Shown here in pieces: positions 46,294 through 56,356 of a DNA stretch of 64,000 nucleotides (positions within the stretch are counted from its first letter, which is position 1; each line of letters opens with the position of its first letter). Position numbers and translations under genes: made by a program. The notes beneath the pieces were generated by a model. That model saw only the letters and a list, made by a program, of their open reading frames with translations, was not told the origin of the DNA and ran no database searches. The stretch is from Clostridia bacterium (GTDB lineage: Bacteria > Bacillota > Clostridia > UMGS1883), in assembly GCA_045545295.1 (NCBI GenBank), contig JAZQAO010000004.1:27105-91104 (forward strand), read 5' to 3'.

Positions 46294-47067
46294 TTATCCT
46301 TCCCAATGAACTTTGCAATTTGATGGTGCACCCCAGTATGTTCCATCACCACTTAATTCTATACTCCCTCTTTCTTTCTCTATGTATATGTCTTTTAAGT
46401 TTATACATTCAAAAAATACATCTCCGTCTATTTTTGAAATATTTGCAGGCAATGTTATTTCTTTAAGTTCTGTACAACCTCGGAATGCAGACTCACCTAT
46501 ATCTAAAACACCATTTCCTAAATTCACGCTATTTAGTTTTGTACAATTCTCAAATGCTGCTGTTTTTATCATTGTGACGCTATCAGGTATTGTAATGCTT
46601 TCCAGACTTGTACATTCTGAAAATGCACCAAACCCTATTTTAGTTACACCATCAGGAATGTTTATGTTTTTTAGTTTTTTACATCGTGAAAATGCAAACT
46701 GCCCTATTGTTTCAATTTCCTTATTTAATATTACATCAGTGATGTTCTCACATTCATAAAATGTAGATTCACCAATATGTGTTATTCCAGTATCAAATAT
46801 TACCTTTTTCACAATTTCTCTATGTTCATAAGAAAAACAATTCTTGTATCTATCCGTCATTTTACCTTGACCAATCAATGTAAGTGTTCCGTCTCCCATA
46901 AGCTCCCACTCAATTTCAGAACCACAAGTGCCTGTTGCAACCAATTCATCAGAAGCATAGCTTTTTGTAATCTCATCTTCAACTTTGTTTGCAGAACGGC
47001 AAGCGGTAATTGTAAAAGCAAGCACCAAAAGTAATAATGCCACTGATAATTTTTTAATATGTCTCAT
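46294..47067 (-). CDS. BspA-type leucine-rich-repeat lipoprotein
   Basis: True start is MRHIKKLSVALLLLVLAFTITAC (lipobox), with AGGAGGAG upstream. Repeated I(P/T)xxVxxIGxxAFxxCxxL units. Confidence 0.8.
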   Translation of the reverse strand: MRHIKKLSVALLLLVLAFTITACRSANKVEDEITKSYASDELVATGTCGSEIEWELMGDGTLTLIGQGKMTDRYKNCFSYEHREIVKKVIFDTGITHIGESTFYECENITDVILNKEIETIGQFAFSRCKKLKNINIPDGVTKIGFGAFSECTSLESITIPDSVTMIKTAAFENCTKLNSVNLGNGVLDIGESAFRGCTELKEITLPANISKIDGDVFFECINLKDIYIEKERGSIELSGDGTYWGAPSNCKVHWEG

Positions 47068-47169
47068 TTTCTCCTCCTGTATGCAATATTTATAATCCGT
47101 ATAGTTATACCACTTTTTTGTTAGATTGTCAAGTTTCGCTGTATTAAATAAGCATTTACAAAATCCAAC

Positions 47170-47240
47170 GATGTCGCACCCTCGCAGGAGTGCAAACAAA
47201 GTTTCCTGCGTCATAATTTGACGCAAATTCCTATACGGTG
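47170..47240 (-). repeat. multi-hairpin repeat family, copy B (lacks the terminal hairpin)
   Basis: Nearly identical to copy C over ~70 nt (GTCGCACCCTCGCAGGAGTGCAAACAAAGTTTCCTGCGTCATAATTTGACGCAAATTCCTATACGGTG on the plus strand). Confidence 0.85.
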
Positions 47241-47270
47241 AGAAAGGCGCAGCGGAAATCCGCTGCGCCC
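47241..47270 (-). terminator. rho-independent terminator of rhaA
   Basis: GGCGCAGCGG / CCGCTGCGCC 10-bp stem plus TTTCT on the minus strand. Confidence 0.8.
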
Positions 47271-47312
47271 GACTATTTATATAAACTCATGGCAAGTTTA
47301 TATCAGATTAAA

Positions 47313-48545
47313 TTATCTTTTTGAAAGAACTTCTTTCTCGTACCTTAGCACTTCGTCTATGTAGTTTGCACTCACATTTTCGCGGCTAAGGTACTCTGCC
47401 CACACATCACCGAAGGGTGCTGTCTTGAGTTCTTCCTGAAGAACCATAAGCTCTGTAAGTCTATTTTCATTTTGAAGTGACTTAAGAGTATCTACAGGTT
47501 GTAAAAGTGCGTTAAGGAGTGCTTTCTGCACACTTCTCATACCTGTTACCCAAGCGGAGATACGGTTAATTGATGCATCAAAGTAGTCTGTTGCAATGAA
47601 TACACGGTCAAGTGCATCGTGATGCACTATTTCCTTTGCAATTTCCTTTGTTTCATCATCAAACAAAACTACGTGGTCACTGTCCCATCTTACGCCACGT
47701 GTTACGTGAAGAGCAATCTTTTCGTGGAAGGGAAGCATTGCTGCAATTTTATCGGATACCACTTCTGTGGGATGATAGTGACCGTTATCCATAAGGGGTG
47801 TGATACCCTTCTGATTTACATAGTTAAGGCAGAATTCTGCACTTCCTACTGTGTATGATTCCATACCTATACCGAATACCTTTGATTCAAGGCATACATA
47901 AACCTTTTCCTTGTCATAAGGAATAGAAAGGATTTCGTCAAGGGATTTCTTGAATCTTTCTCTCGGTCCGAGTCTGTCTGCAGGGATGTCCTTGTAGCCG
48001 TCTGGAATCCAGATATTCATTACACAGGGGATGCCTGTTTCTTCTGCAAAGTACTGTGATATTTCAACACATCTTTTGCCGTGTTCTACCCAGAACTTTC
48101 TCACTTCTTCATCGGGGGAAGAAAGTGTAAGATTATCCTTTACCATTGCGTGGGAGAAGAATGTGGGGTTAAAGTCAAGTCCCATTCCTCTTTCCTTTGC
48201 AAAATCCACCCAAGCCTTGAAGTGTTCGGGACGGAGTGCATCTCTGTCTGCTTTATTTCCGTTAAATACGGCATAGCAGGCGTGAACATTGATTTTCTTT
48301 TTACCGGGAATAAGGCTCATTGCTTTGTCAATATCCGCCATTAATTCTTCGGGAGAGGTTGCTCTGCCGGAGTAATTACCTGTTGCCTGGATACCTCCTG
48401 TAAGAGAACCGATGCTGTCAAAGCCGATTACGTCATCCCCCTGCCAGCAGTGCATGGAAATAGGTATGTTTTTTACTGCTTCAATTGCTTTTTCCGCATC
48501 TACGCCAAGACGTGCGTAGATTTCTTTCGCTTCGTTAAAACGCAT
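47313..48545 (-). CDS. rhaA: L-rhamnose isomerase
   Basis: 410 aa, collinear with E. coli RhaA as I recall it (PISMHCWQGDDV.GF, LTGGIQATGNY, NIWIPDG.KDI, RWDSDHVVL.DDET). Confidence 0.9.
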   Translation of the reverse strand: MRFNEAKEIYARLGVDAEKAIEAVKNIPISMHCWQGDDVIGFDSIGSLTGGIQATGNYSGRATSPEELMADIDKAMSLIPGKKKINVHACYAVFNGNKADRDALRPEHFKAWVDFAKERGMGLDFNPTFFSHAMVKDNLTLSSPDEEVRKFWVEHGKRCVEISQYFAEETGIPCVMNIWIPDGYKDIPADRLGPRERFKKSLDEILSIPYDKEKVYVCLESKVFGIGMESYTVGSAEFCLNYVNQKGITPLMDNGHYHPTEVVSDKIAAMLPFHEKIALHVTRGVRWDSDHVVLFDDETKEIAKEIVHHDALDRVFIATDYFDASINRISAWVTGMRSVQKALLNALLQPVDTLKSLQNENRLTELMVLQEELKTAPFGDVWAEYLSRENVSANYIDEVLRYEKEVLSKR

Positions 48546-48666
48546 ATATTACACCTCTTATATATTTATTTCTACAACTTCACCTGTTTCCGTTTATAAC
48601 GGCGGTAAGGATTTCGCTGTATTTAACAATAACATTAACCTTTTTAACAAGTCTGTCTTTACCGTT

Positions 48667-48759
48667 AAAAAGAAGCGTGCCGCTTCACCCACGTTGCACC
48701 CTCGCAGGAGTGCAAACAAAGTTTACTGCGTCATAATTTGACGCAAATTCCTATACGGG
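48667..48759 (-). repeat. multi-hairpin repeat family, copy C (full length)
   Basis: Three hairpins (TGCGTCA/TGACGCA; GCACTCCT/AGGGTGC; GAAGCG/CGCTTC plus T5 on the minus strand). Confidence 0.85.
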
Positions 48760-48808
48760 AACGCAAGCTCATTTTATTTACCCCAACTATTGGCAAAGAG
48801 CCTTTTAT

Positions 48809-50125
48809 TTATTTCAAAAGCTCATAAATTCTTACAGCCAACATAATTGCCTGCTCTCTTGAAGCATTGTTTAAAGGAGAAATTGTGCTTTCGCTTGTTC
48901 CTTTCATAACGCTGTTATTTGCAAGAATTCCGACAGAGTCTTTTGCCCACGATGCAATTGAATCATAGTCTGTATAGCCGTTCAAAACAGAATTGTCTTC
49001 TATAAACTTTTTGCCTGTTTCTTTTTCTGCATACTTAATAGCTCTGTGCATCATAACTGCTATTTCCTGACGTGTTATGTTCTTTTTAGGAGCAAACTTA
49101 CCGTCTCCTACGCCGTTTACAACGCCCATTTCATACGCAATATAAACATCTTCGTTTTCTGTGTCTGTAAATTCAACGTTGTTATTATTTTCCTCAACAA
49201 CCTCAGTGTAGGATTCGTCTCCAATAGGAGCAAACATACCTATCTGTAAAGGTTCTATACAACCAACTATAAGCGATGCAAATTCTTCTCTTGTTATATA
49301 ATCTTTATAGTAGTTTCCTTCTACGTTGTAGTTGCTGTACAAATTAGCTGTTATTCCGTAACTTTCTGCTTTTTCAATTTCTGCTTTTGCCCAGCTGCTG
49401 GGTTCCGGATTTGCAGGTTTCTGCTGCGGAACTTCGATCTGAGGAACGTCCGCTTCGAATTTTTCTTTTACAATATACATTTTGTCTTCGTCATAATCTT
49501 CAACGATTGCTATACCGTTATCAAAATGTACATATTCAAATTCTTTTCCGTTAATATTTATTGTTTTGCTTTCTTCGTTGCTGCAGCTGCCGATATCAAA
49601 ACAGATATATTCTGAAATGTCGTCATTTTCACCTACTCTTCCTAAAATATTACCGCTTTTGTCAATATAGTAGGTTTCTATATAGGCAGAATTATCTCCG
49701 TTATTATAGTAGCCGTCGAACTCTCTTTCCTGAATATGAACGATAGTTTTTCCGTTGACAAATTTACCAACTGAATAAATTCCCTGGAATGTGCGATAAT
49801 CAAATATAAAATCTATAACCAGGTTTCCGTTTTTGTCTATGTAACCAACTTTATTGTCGTTATTCATAACGGCTGCAAGACCATCGCCGAAAGTAAAGGT
49901 TACCAGATAATCATCTTTTAACCAAGACGGGATTTTACCGTTTTCGTCTATGTAGCTAAAGCTGCCATTAATGAGAATAGTCGCATATCCTTCGCTAAAA
50001 CACCCGTGAACATCGGGTGCGTACGGCAGTTCAATGATTTCGTACTGATATGCCGCAAAAGATGTCGCCACAATCAAAGTCGAAAACAATACTGCAACCA
50101 ATAATCCTGCCAAAAATTTTTTCAT
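48809..50125 (-). CDS. secreted WG-repeat protein with C-terminal SLH domains
   Basis: Start at ATG 50125 (AAAGGA RBS; the track start is a TTG). Repeated YID.NGK/W..D units, then SLH motifs (FTDTENEDVYIAYEMGVVNG.., YTDYDSIASWAKDSVG..). Confidence 0.75.
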   Translation of the reverse strand: MKKFLAGLLVAVLFSTLIVATSFAAYQYEIIELPYAPDVHGCFSEGYATILINGSFSYIDENGKIPSWLKDDYLVTFTFGDGLAAVMNNDNKVGYIDKNGNLVIDFIFDYRTFQGIYSVGKFVNGKTIVHIQEREFDGYYNNGDNSAYIETYYIDKSGNILGRVGENDDISEYICFDIGSCSNEESKTININGKEFEYVHFDNGIAIVEDYDEDKMYIVKEKFEADVPQIEVPQQKPANPEPSSWAKAEIEKAESYGITANLYSNYNVEGNYYKDYITREEFASLIVGCIEPLQIGMFAPIGDESYTEVVEENNNNVEFTDTENEDVYIAYEMGVVNGVGDGKFAPKKNITRQEIAVMMHRAIKYAEKETGKKFIEDNSVLNGYTDYDSIASWAKDSVGILANNSVMKGTSESTISPLNNASREQAIMLAVRIYELLK

Positions 50126-50195
50126 AATTAAACATCCTTTCAAATTTTTATCTAATTAGAATTTTATTACATTTTTTTTAAAAGTCAATTGTTTT

Positions 50196-50486
50196 TTATT
50201 CTGCCGTGGGGATTCCAAGAAGAAATGTACCCTTTTTTTCCTCATATTCCGCATCGGTCATTTTAAGGATTTTTATTCCCATAATAATACCTTTTACAGT
50301 ATTGAGTATTCCTATAATTCCAACGGAGAAAATTCCAAGCAACAGTCGTGCAACACCCAGCCAAACTCTTTTCTGCACAAAGCATGGCACACCAAAAGAA
50401 TTAAACAAAATGCATATAATTGCGAAAAAAATCCTTTTATTAAACGAAATTTTTTCTAAAAACTGCGGTTTTTTCAATTTTACCAT
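50196..50486 (-). CDS. small two-TM membrane protein (TM2/NINE-like?)
   Basis: 96 aa, two hydrophobic segments. The family call is tentative. Confidence 0.4.
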   Translation of the reverse strand: MVKLKKPQFLEKISFNKRIFFAIICILFNSFGVPCFVQKRVWLGVARLLLGIFSVGIIGILNTVKGIIMGIKILKMTDAEYEEKKGTFLLGIPTAE

Positions 50487-50488
50487 AA

Positions 50489-51280
50489 TTACTGCGCCTC
50501 TGTTTCTTCGGGAGTGACAGTTTTTTTACTCTCTTCTTCCCACTCTACGGGAGGAGCCTCTTTATTTTCAGTTTCAACTGTTATTTCTTCGGGATTTTCA
50601 GGTTCTTCGGGTTCTTGAGGCTCTTGTATCTCCTGTGGCTCTTCCTTCTTTTTAATAATACTGCTGCTGTAGGATATAGTCACAACCTCACGGGTTTCTT
50701 CATTTATTTCGCCACTGAAAACAACACCGTCTGCAAGGCTTTCTATAACGGAAACAAAGCTTACAACGGAAAGCTGACTGCCGTCCTCAATTATCTGAGT
50801 ATCACGGGTGAAAGAAATTCTCCTCTCACCTTCAAAAATCATTTTTTCATTGAAAAGTTTTGCACGCACAGTGTATGCCGTACCGTCCTTTTCCACAGAA
50901 TCTGTAACAAAAATGATGTTGCGGGCGGTGAAAGCCTCTTCCTCCAAAACTTCTTCCTCTTCTTCTGTAACTTCCCCGGAAGGCTCGTCAATAACCTCTT
51001 CGATTTCCTCTTCAGTCTCTTTCGGAGGTTCTTTCGTTATGAGAGTACACACTCCCCATATTCCCACAGCTACAAAAATAATGGCAACAGCAATAGCCGC
51101 TATTATGAGGGTTATACTTTTTTCTTTTGTTTCATCATAACTGTCTTCTTCTTTTGGATGAGGTTTTTCAGGAGGCTCGTACTCAAGCACTTCCTCCGGT
51201 ATTATTTCATCTTTTTTATCTTCCTTAATTGGGTTAAAAACCACTGTTTCGTCGGTTTTGTTATAATCTTTTTCTTTCAT
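50489..51280 (-). CDS. Glu/Pro-rich single-pass membrane protein
   Basis: 263 aa with one TM (ITLIIAAIAVAIIFVAVGIWGVCTLI), acidic low-complexity tails and a small central beta-rich domain. Confidence 0.5.
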   Translation of the reverse strand: MKEKDYNKTDETVVFNPIKEDKKDEIIPEEVLEYEPPEKPHPKEEDSYDETKEKSITLIIAAIAVAIIFVAVGIWGVCTLITKEPPKETEEEIEEVIDEPSGEVTEEEEEVLEEEAFTARNIIFVTDSVEKDGTAYTVRAKLFNEKMIFEGERRISFTRDTQIIEDGSQLSVVSFVSVIESLADGVVFSGEINEETREVVTISYSSSIIKKKEEPQEIQEPQEPEEPENPEEITVETENKEAPPVEWEEESKKTVTPEETEAQ

Positions 51281-51346
51281 TTATAACACCTCAATAGGAT
51301 ACTGCCAACCTCTTTAACGGGGTGGATAGTCATTTTAATTAAATTA

Positions 51347-53893
51347 TTATTCCACTGCGTTTTCAGAGGGAGCTTCAGTATTATTTTCAGCTGTATTTTC
51401 TGAATTTTCTGTTTCTTCCTCAATTTCTTCCGGCTCTTCGTGCTCTGTTACACCGATAGAAACTACCTTTACACCTTCTTTAAGGCGCATAAGCCTTACA
51501 CCCTTGGTGCTTCTTCCGATAGAGCTGATGGTATTTGCGGCAATTCTTATAATAATACCTTCTGAAGTGATAAGAAGAATATCCTCTTCATCAGATACAG
51601 TGCGAAGACCTATAACATTACCTGTTACGTCACTGCACTTATAGTTCTTAACACCCACACCGGCTCTTGACTGAACACGGTATTCGTCTATATCTGTTCT
51701 CTTACCGTAACCGTTTTCTGTTACTGTAAGAAGCTCGGTACCATCAATTGCAAGGCACATACCTACAACAAAGTCCCCATCACGCAGGTTAATTGCCTTA
51801 ACACCGCGGGTTACTCTGCCCATACTGCGGACATCCTTTTCGTTAAAGCGGATAGACATACCGCTGTATGTTCCTACAATGACGTCATTTTCACCGTTTG
51901 TAAGCTCAACACGAATAAGCTCGTCACCCTCGTCAAGTACGATACCGTTGATACCGCCTTTACGTGATGTATTGTAATCTGTAACGGCAGTTTTCTTGAT
52001 TATACCGTTTCTTGTGCACATAAGAAGATACTTATCATCCTCAAACTGAGGAAGAGAAATAACTGCAGTAACCTTTTCCTCTTTTTCAATGGGAAGAAGG
52101 TTAACAATTGCACTTCCCTTTGCCTGTCTGCCTGCTTCGGGAATCTGATAGCCTTTTATTCTGTACATTCTGCCCTTATCTGTAAAGAAGAGCATATTTG
52201 TATGAGTTGAAGCAACAATGATATTTTCCACAAAGTCCTCATCACGGGTTGAAAGTCCCTTAATACCCTTACCGCCTCTGTGCTGGCTCTGATAGGTTGA
52301 TGCAGGAATTCTCTTAATATATCCGAAATGAGTCAGTGTATAAACACTTTCCTCTTCTTCGATAAGGTCTTCAACATCAATTTCTGTCATTACATTTTCA
52401 ATATTAGTCTTTCTTTCGTCACCGAATTTATCGCGGATTTCGGAAAGCTCTTCCTTAATTTTTTCATTAAGAAGATTCTTGTCTGCAAGAAGTGCCTTAT
52501 ACTCTGCAACGAGAACTGTAAGGTTATTGAATTCGTCTTCAATTTTCTCTCCGTTCAGTCTCTGGAGCTGTGCAAGACGCATATCAAGTACGCTCTGTGC
52601 CTGAATTTCAGAAAGACCGAAGCGCGCCATAAGATTTTCTCTTGCATCGTCATAAGAATTACGTATAACTTCTATAACCTCGTCAATGTTACTGAGTGCA
52701 ATACGAAGACCTTCCAGTATGTGCATTCTTGCTTCTGCTTTTTCAAGGTCGTACTGTGTACGGCGTGTAACTATTTCTTCCTGGAAAGCAATGAAGTTAC
52801 GAAGGACATCTTTAAGTCCCATTGTTTTGGGCTTTCCGTCTTCAATAGCAAGCATATTTACAGAGAAGCTGTCCTGAAGACGTGTGTATTTATAAAGCTG
52901 ATTAAGTACAACGTAAGGATTTGCGTCACGCTTAAGGAATATTTCAAGACGAAGTCCTATACGGTCTGATGAATGGTCTTCAATATCGGAAAGTCCCTCA
53001 ATTCTCTTTTCCTTAACAAGATTTGCAATGGATTCAACAAGCATTTTCTTGTTAACCTGATAGGGAAGTTCTGTAATAATTATCGAAGATGTACCGTCCT
53101 TGTGTTCCTCTATATCTGCCTTCGCACGGATAATTATCTTACCTCTGCCTGTGTTATAAGCACTTCTTATACCACTTCTTCCCATAATAGTACCGCTTGT
53201 GGGGAAGTCCGGACCCTGGATGTATTCCATAAGCTCCTCAACAGTGATGTCGGGATTATCAATCTGTGCAATAACACCGTTAAGTACCTCTGTAAGGTTA
53301 TGAGGAGGTATATTTGTAGCCATACCTACGGCAATACCGCTGCTTCCGTTAATGAGAAGTGTGGGAATTCTTGTAGGAAGAACAGTTGGTTCTTTTCTCT
53401 TTTCGTCAAAGTTAGGTACAAAGTCAACGGTATTCTTCTCTATATTTTCAAGAAGAACGTTAGCCAGCTTACTCATTCTCGCTTCTGTATAACGGTAAGC
53501 AGCCGGCGGGTCACCGTCAACTGTTCCGAAGTTACCGTGACCGTCAATCAGCATATAACGCATGGAGAAATCCTGCGCCATTCTTACCATTGCATCGTAT
53601 ACGGATGCGTCACCGTGGGGATGATATCTACCGATAACATTACCGACGGTAGTAGCAGATTTGAAGAAAGCTTTATCATAAGTAAGGTTTTCTTCATACA
53701 TAGAGTAAAGAATTCTTCTGTGAACAGGCTTAAGACCGTCACGCACATCGGGAAGTGCACGGCTCACAATAACACTCATTGCGTAGTCAATGAATGCCTC
53801 TTTCATTCTTTTTTCAATATCAATATCTACAATGGTTTGTGTGTCGAAGTATTCTTCAAAATGAGAATCTTCGTAATTCTTATGTTTAGCCAT
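51347..53893 (-). CDS. gyrA: DNA gyrase subunit A
   Basis: 848 aa. [26 protein letters not shown] and the catalytic Tyr region (AAYRYTE). Confidence 0.97.
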   Translation of the reverse strand: MAKHKNYEDSHFEEYFDTQTIVDIDIEKRMKEAFIDYAMSVIVSRALPDVRDGLKPVHRRILYSMYEENLTYDKAFFKSATTVGNVIGRYHPHGDASVYDAMVRMAQDFSMRYMLIDGHGNFGTVDGDPPAAYRYTEARMSKLANVLLENIEKNTVDFVPNFDEKRKEPTVLPTRIPTLLINGSSGIAVGMATNIPPHNLTEVLNGVIAQIDNPDITVEELMEYIQGPDFPTSGTIMGRSGIRSAYNTGRGKIIIRAKADIEEHKDGTSSIIITELPYQVNKKMLVESIANLVKEKRIEGLSDIEDHSSDRIGLRLEIFLKRDANPYVVLNQLYKYTRLQDSFSVNMLAIEDGKPKTMGLKDVLRNFIAFQEEIVTRRTQYDLEKAEARMHILEGLRIALSNIDEVIEVIRNSYDDARENLMARFGLSEIQAQSVLDMRLAQLQRLNGEKIEDEFNNLTVLVAEYKALLADKNLLNEKIKEELSEIRDKFGDERKTNIENVMTEIDVEDLIEEEESVYTLTHFGYIKRIPASTYQSQHRGGKGIKGLSTRDEDFVENIIVASTHTNMLFFTDKGRMYRIKGYQIPEAGRQAKGSAIVNLLPIEKEEKVTAVISLPQFEDDKYLLMCTRNGIIKKTAVTDYNTSRKGGINGIVLDEGDELIRVELTNGENDVIVGTYSGMSIRFNEKDVRSMGRVTRGVKAINLRDGDFVVGMCLAIDGTELLTVTENGYGKRTDIDEYRVQSRAGVGVKNYKCSDVTGNVIGLRTVSDEEDILLITSEGIIIRIAANTISSIGRSTKGVRLMRLKEGVKVVSIGVTEHEEPEEIEEETENSENTAENNTEAPSENAVE

Positions 53894-53926
53894 TTTATAT
53901 TAATTCCTTTCTATAACTGAAAGATT

Positions 53927-54112
53927 TAAAGGGGTTTGTTAAGGGGTATCCCCTTGACATAAAATCCGTTAAAAACGGGGGCGCGTACCTCGTTTTTAAC
54001 TCCTTACAAGGTCTACCGCGGTGAGCGGTGCGCGAGCGAAAGACCTTCACTCGCAACAAATGCTTTTACGAAGTAAAACTTTTGTTGCGAAAGGATGACT
54101 CTGTCATCCTTT
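53927..54112 (-). repeat. ~183-bp structured repeat, copy S1 (gyrB-gyrA spacer)
   Basis: Its reverse complement matches 63144-63326 with about 8 mismatches over the ~165-nt core. Contains at least 4 strong hairpins. Confidence 0.9.
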
Positions 54113-56049
54113 TATACATCGAGGTTTGTTACATACTGTGCATTTTCTTCAATGAATTCACGTCTGGGCTCAACCTCATCACCCATAAGGATGCTGAATA
54201 TCTGGTCAGCCTTTTCGGCATCCTCAAGAGTAACCTTAAGGAGTATTCTGTTCTTCGGGTCCATAGTTGTTTCCCAAAGCTCTTCAGCATTCATTTCACC
54301 AAGACCTTTATAACGGCTTATTTCTACTTTTGCATTAGCATCACCGTTTTTAAGCTCTTCACTTATCTGATCTCTTTCTTCATCACTGAACGCTACCTGA
54401 GATTTTTTACCTCTTGAAAGCTTATAAAGGGGTGGCTTTGCAAGATATATATGCCCTGTTTCCACAAGTTCACGCATAAATCTGAAGAAGAATGTAAGGA
54501 GCAGCGTCTGAATATGTGCACCGTCGACGTCGGCATCCGCCATAATAATTACTTTGTCGTAACGGAGCTTTTCTATATTGAATTCACCGCCTATACCTGT
54601 TCCCAATGCCTGAATAACAGGTGTAAGCTTTTCATTTCCGTAAACCTTGTCTTCTCTCGCCTTTTCTACGTTAAGCATTTTACCCCAGAGAGGAAGGATT
54701 GCCTGATATTTACTGTCACGTCCTTTTTTTGCACTGCCTCCCGCACTATCACCCTCGACAATGTAAATTTCCGTCATTGTAGGATCTTTGGATATACAGT
54801 CGGTAAGCTTACCGGGAAGTGTAGAAGAACCAAGGGGAGTTTTTCTTGTAGCCTCTCTCGCTCTTCTTGCGGCAAGTCTTGCACGTGATGCCATAAGAGC
54901 TTTTTCAATAATAGCCTTACCAACGTTTGGATTTTCCTCAAGAAAATCTGCAAGCTTTTCCTTAACCATACTCTCAACAAGAGTACGCATTTCACTGTTT
55001 CCGAGCTTTGTTTTAGTCTGTCCTTCAAACTGAGGCTCTTCAAGCTTAACGGAAATTACGGCTATAAGACCTTCACGGGCATCTTCACCTGTCAGCTCTT
55101 CGTCATCCTTTATAAGCTTGTACTTTTTACCGTAGTCTAAAAGCACCTTTGTAAGAGCAGCCTTAAAGCCTGTTTCATGCATACCTCCCTCTGTTGTGGA
55201 AATATTGTTTGCAAATGACTCTATAACTTCGTCATAGCCTGTATTCCACTGGAGAGCAACCTCTGCCATACTTCCGTTTTTCTCACCGCTTACGTAAATT
55301 ACGTCACTGTGAACTTCCTCAAGAGTATCTTTTCTCTTCTTTTTATCGTTAAGAAGATAAGAAACGAAGTTTTTAATACCGCCTTCGTACTGGAGAATTT
55401 CTTCTCTCTTTTCTTCTCTGTCATCCTTGAATACAATTTTAATTCCGCCGTTAAGAAACGCCTGTTCACGAAGTCTCTTTAAAAGAACTTCATAATCATA
55501 AACTGTTTCATCGAATATCTCACCGTCTGCCCAGAAAGTAACTTGCGTACCGGTTCTGTCAGTTTTTCCGATAGTATGAACTTCACCGTCGGGAACACCT
55601 CTTTTATAGCTCTGAAACCACACGTTTTCACCGTCGTGTACTTCTACCTCAAGCTTTGTTGAAAGAGCATTAACAACAGATGCACCAACACCGTGAAGAC
55701 CGCCGGAAACCTTGTATCCTCCACCGCCGAACTTACCGCCTGCGTGAAGCACGGTAAAAATAACGTCAATTGTGGAGATACCCATCTTCGGATGAATACC
55801 GTGAGGCATACCACGTCCGTTATCCTTTACTGTAACGGAGCCGTCAGCATTAAGACTTACGTCAATCTGCGTGCAATAGCCTGCAAGTGCTTCGTCAATA
55901 CTGTTGTCTACTATTTCGTAAACAAGATGATGAAGACCTCTTACCGACGTTGAACCGATGTACATACCGGGTCTTTTACGTACAGCCTCAAGTCCTTCCA
56001 GTACCTGTATTTGATTTTCGTCGTAGGAATTATTAACTTTCTGTTCCAA
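54112..56049 (-). CDS. gyrB: DNA gyrase subunit B
   Basis: [24 protein letters not shown] begins ~10 residues after the TTG at 56049. The 34-codon upstream extension in the track overlaps the remB-like gene and has no GyrB similarity. Confidence 0.95.
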   Translation of the reverse strand: MEQKVNNSYDENQIQVLEGLEAVRKRPGMYIGSTSVRGLHHLVYEIVDNSIDEALAGYCTQIDVSLNADGSVTVKDNGRGMPHGIHPKMGISTIDVIFTVLHAGGKFGGGGYKVSGGLHGVGASVVNALSTKLEVEVHDGENVWFQSYKRGVPDGEVHTIGKTDRTGTQVTFWADGEIFDETVYDYEVLLKRLREQAFLNGGIKIVFKDDREEKREEILQYEGGIKNFVSYLLNDKKKRKDTLEEVHSDVIYVSGEKNGSMAEVALQWNTGYDEVIESFANNISTTEGGMHETGFKAALTKVLLDYGKKYKLIKDDEELTGEDAREGLIAVISVKLEEPQFEGQTKTKLGNSEMRTLVESMVKEKLADFLEENPNVGKAIIEKALMASRARLAARRAREATRKTPLGSSTLPGKLTDCISKDPTMTEIYIVEGDSAGGSAKKGRDSKYQAILPLWGKMLNVEKAREDKVYGNEKLTPVIQALGTGIGGEFNIEKLRYDKVIIMADADVDGAHIQTLLLTFFFRFMRELVETGHIYLAKPPLYKLSRGKKSQVAFSDEERDQISEELKNGDANAKVEISRYKGLGEMNAEELWETTMDPKNRILLKVTLEDAEKADQIFSILMGDEVEPRREFIEENAQYVTNLDV

Positions 56050-56356
56050 TTGAGTCAATCCTTTCTGCTCTCTTATAAAGTGTCTGCGATGAAATCTGCG
56101 ACACAAATATATTCTTTTCTTTTTTATTTTTATCAATGTCGGATGCGACACGGTTGAAGCGGCACGCTTCTTTTTTATTTTTTGTAATTATAAACGTTTT
56201 CGGAATATCGTAAGAAATATATTCTATATTTCCTTTTTTGTCGTTTATTTTTAAAAATTCTCTTGTTTTTTTACTTATAGACGTGTTTTCAAGATCAAAT
56301 ATACCTACAATATCTTTTTTACTTAATATTTTTCCTTCACCTATATGCAAAAACAT
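56033..56356 (-). CDS. DUF370/RemB-like small protein
   Basis: 107 aa in the conserved position between recF and gyrB in Firmicutes. ..[12 protein letters not shown].. motif. Confidence 0.7.
   Translation of the reverse strand: MFLHIGEGKILSKKDIVGIFDLENTSISKKTREFLKINDKKGNIEYISYDIPKTFIITKNKKEACRFNRVASDIDKNKKEKNIFVSQISSQTLYKRAERIDSIGTES

Noticed and set aside
47068-47226. 53-codon N-terminal extension of the LRR protein ORF (track start 47226).
   Set aside because: The extension is read out of repeat copy B. A lipoprotein signal peptide with an AGGAGG RBS starts at 47067.
44701-48759. CRISPR array: part of the repeat (GTCGCACCCTCGCAGGAGTGCAAAC) superficially resembles a type I repeat.
   Set aside because: The copies are 1.4-2.4 kb apart and separated by full-length genes rather than ~30-40-nt spacers. 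The conserved unit is ~95 nt with three hairpins, and no cas genes are present.
44387-50143. Integron-like cassette array (recombinase remnant plus gene blocks each followed by a conserved structured site).
   Set aside because: The recombinase fragment lies downstream of, and co-oriented with, the cassettes instead of upstream and divergent. Its motifs look like a phage/ICE-type integrase, and I see no GTTRRRY/RYYYAAC attC ends. Recombination between repeats remains possible, but I do not call it an integron.
52973-53920. 315-aa plus-strand ORF. Other long antisense ORFs fall in the same class (52328-52969, 50615-51286, 28655-29440, 46313-46759, 1076-1519).
   Set aside because: Each lies entirely antisense to a confidently identified gene (gyrA, the Glu-rich protein, the giant LamG protein, the LRR protein, murQ). 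Their composition is low-complexity, Cys/Phe/Ile-rich, with no motifs or RBS. They are typical shadow ORFs in AT-rich DNA.
53927-54112. The 183-bp element as a riboswitch or leader for gyrA/mnmE, or as a group II intron fragment (the domain V-like hairpin GTTAAAAACG...CGTTTTTAAC).
   Set aside because: gyrA and mnmE share no ligand logic. The hairpin lacks the AGC triad, bulge and GNRA loop of domain V, and no intron ORF or 5' GUGYG is present. I kept it as an unclassified structured repeat.
56050-56151. 34-codon N-terminal extension of gyrB in the ORF track.
   Set aside because: It has no GyrB similarity and overlaps the remB-like gene. The conserved GyrB N-terminus begins just after the TTG at 56049.
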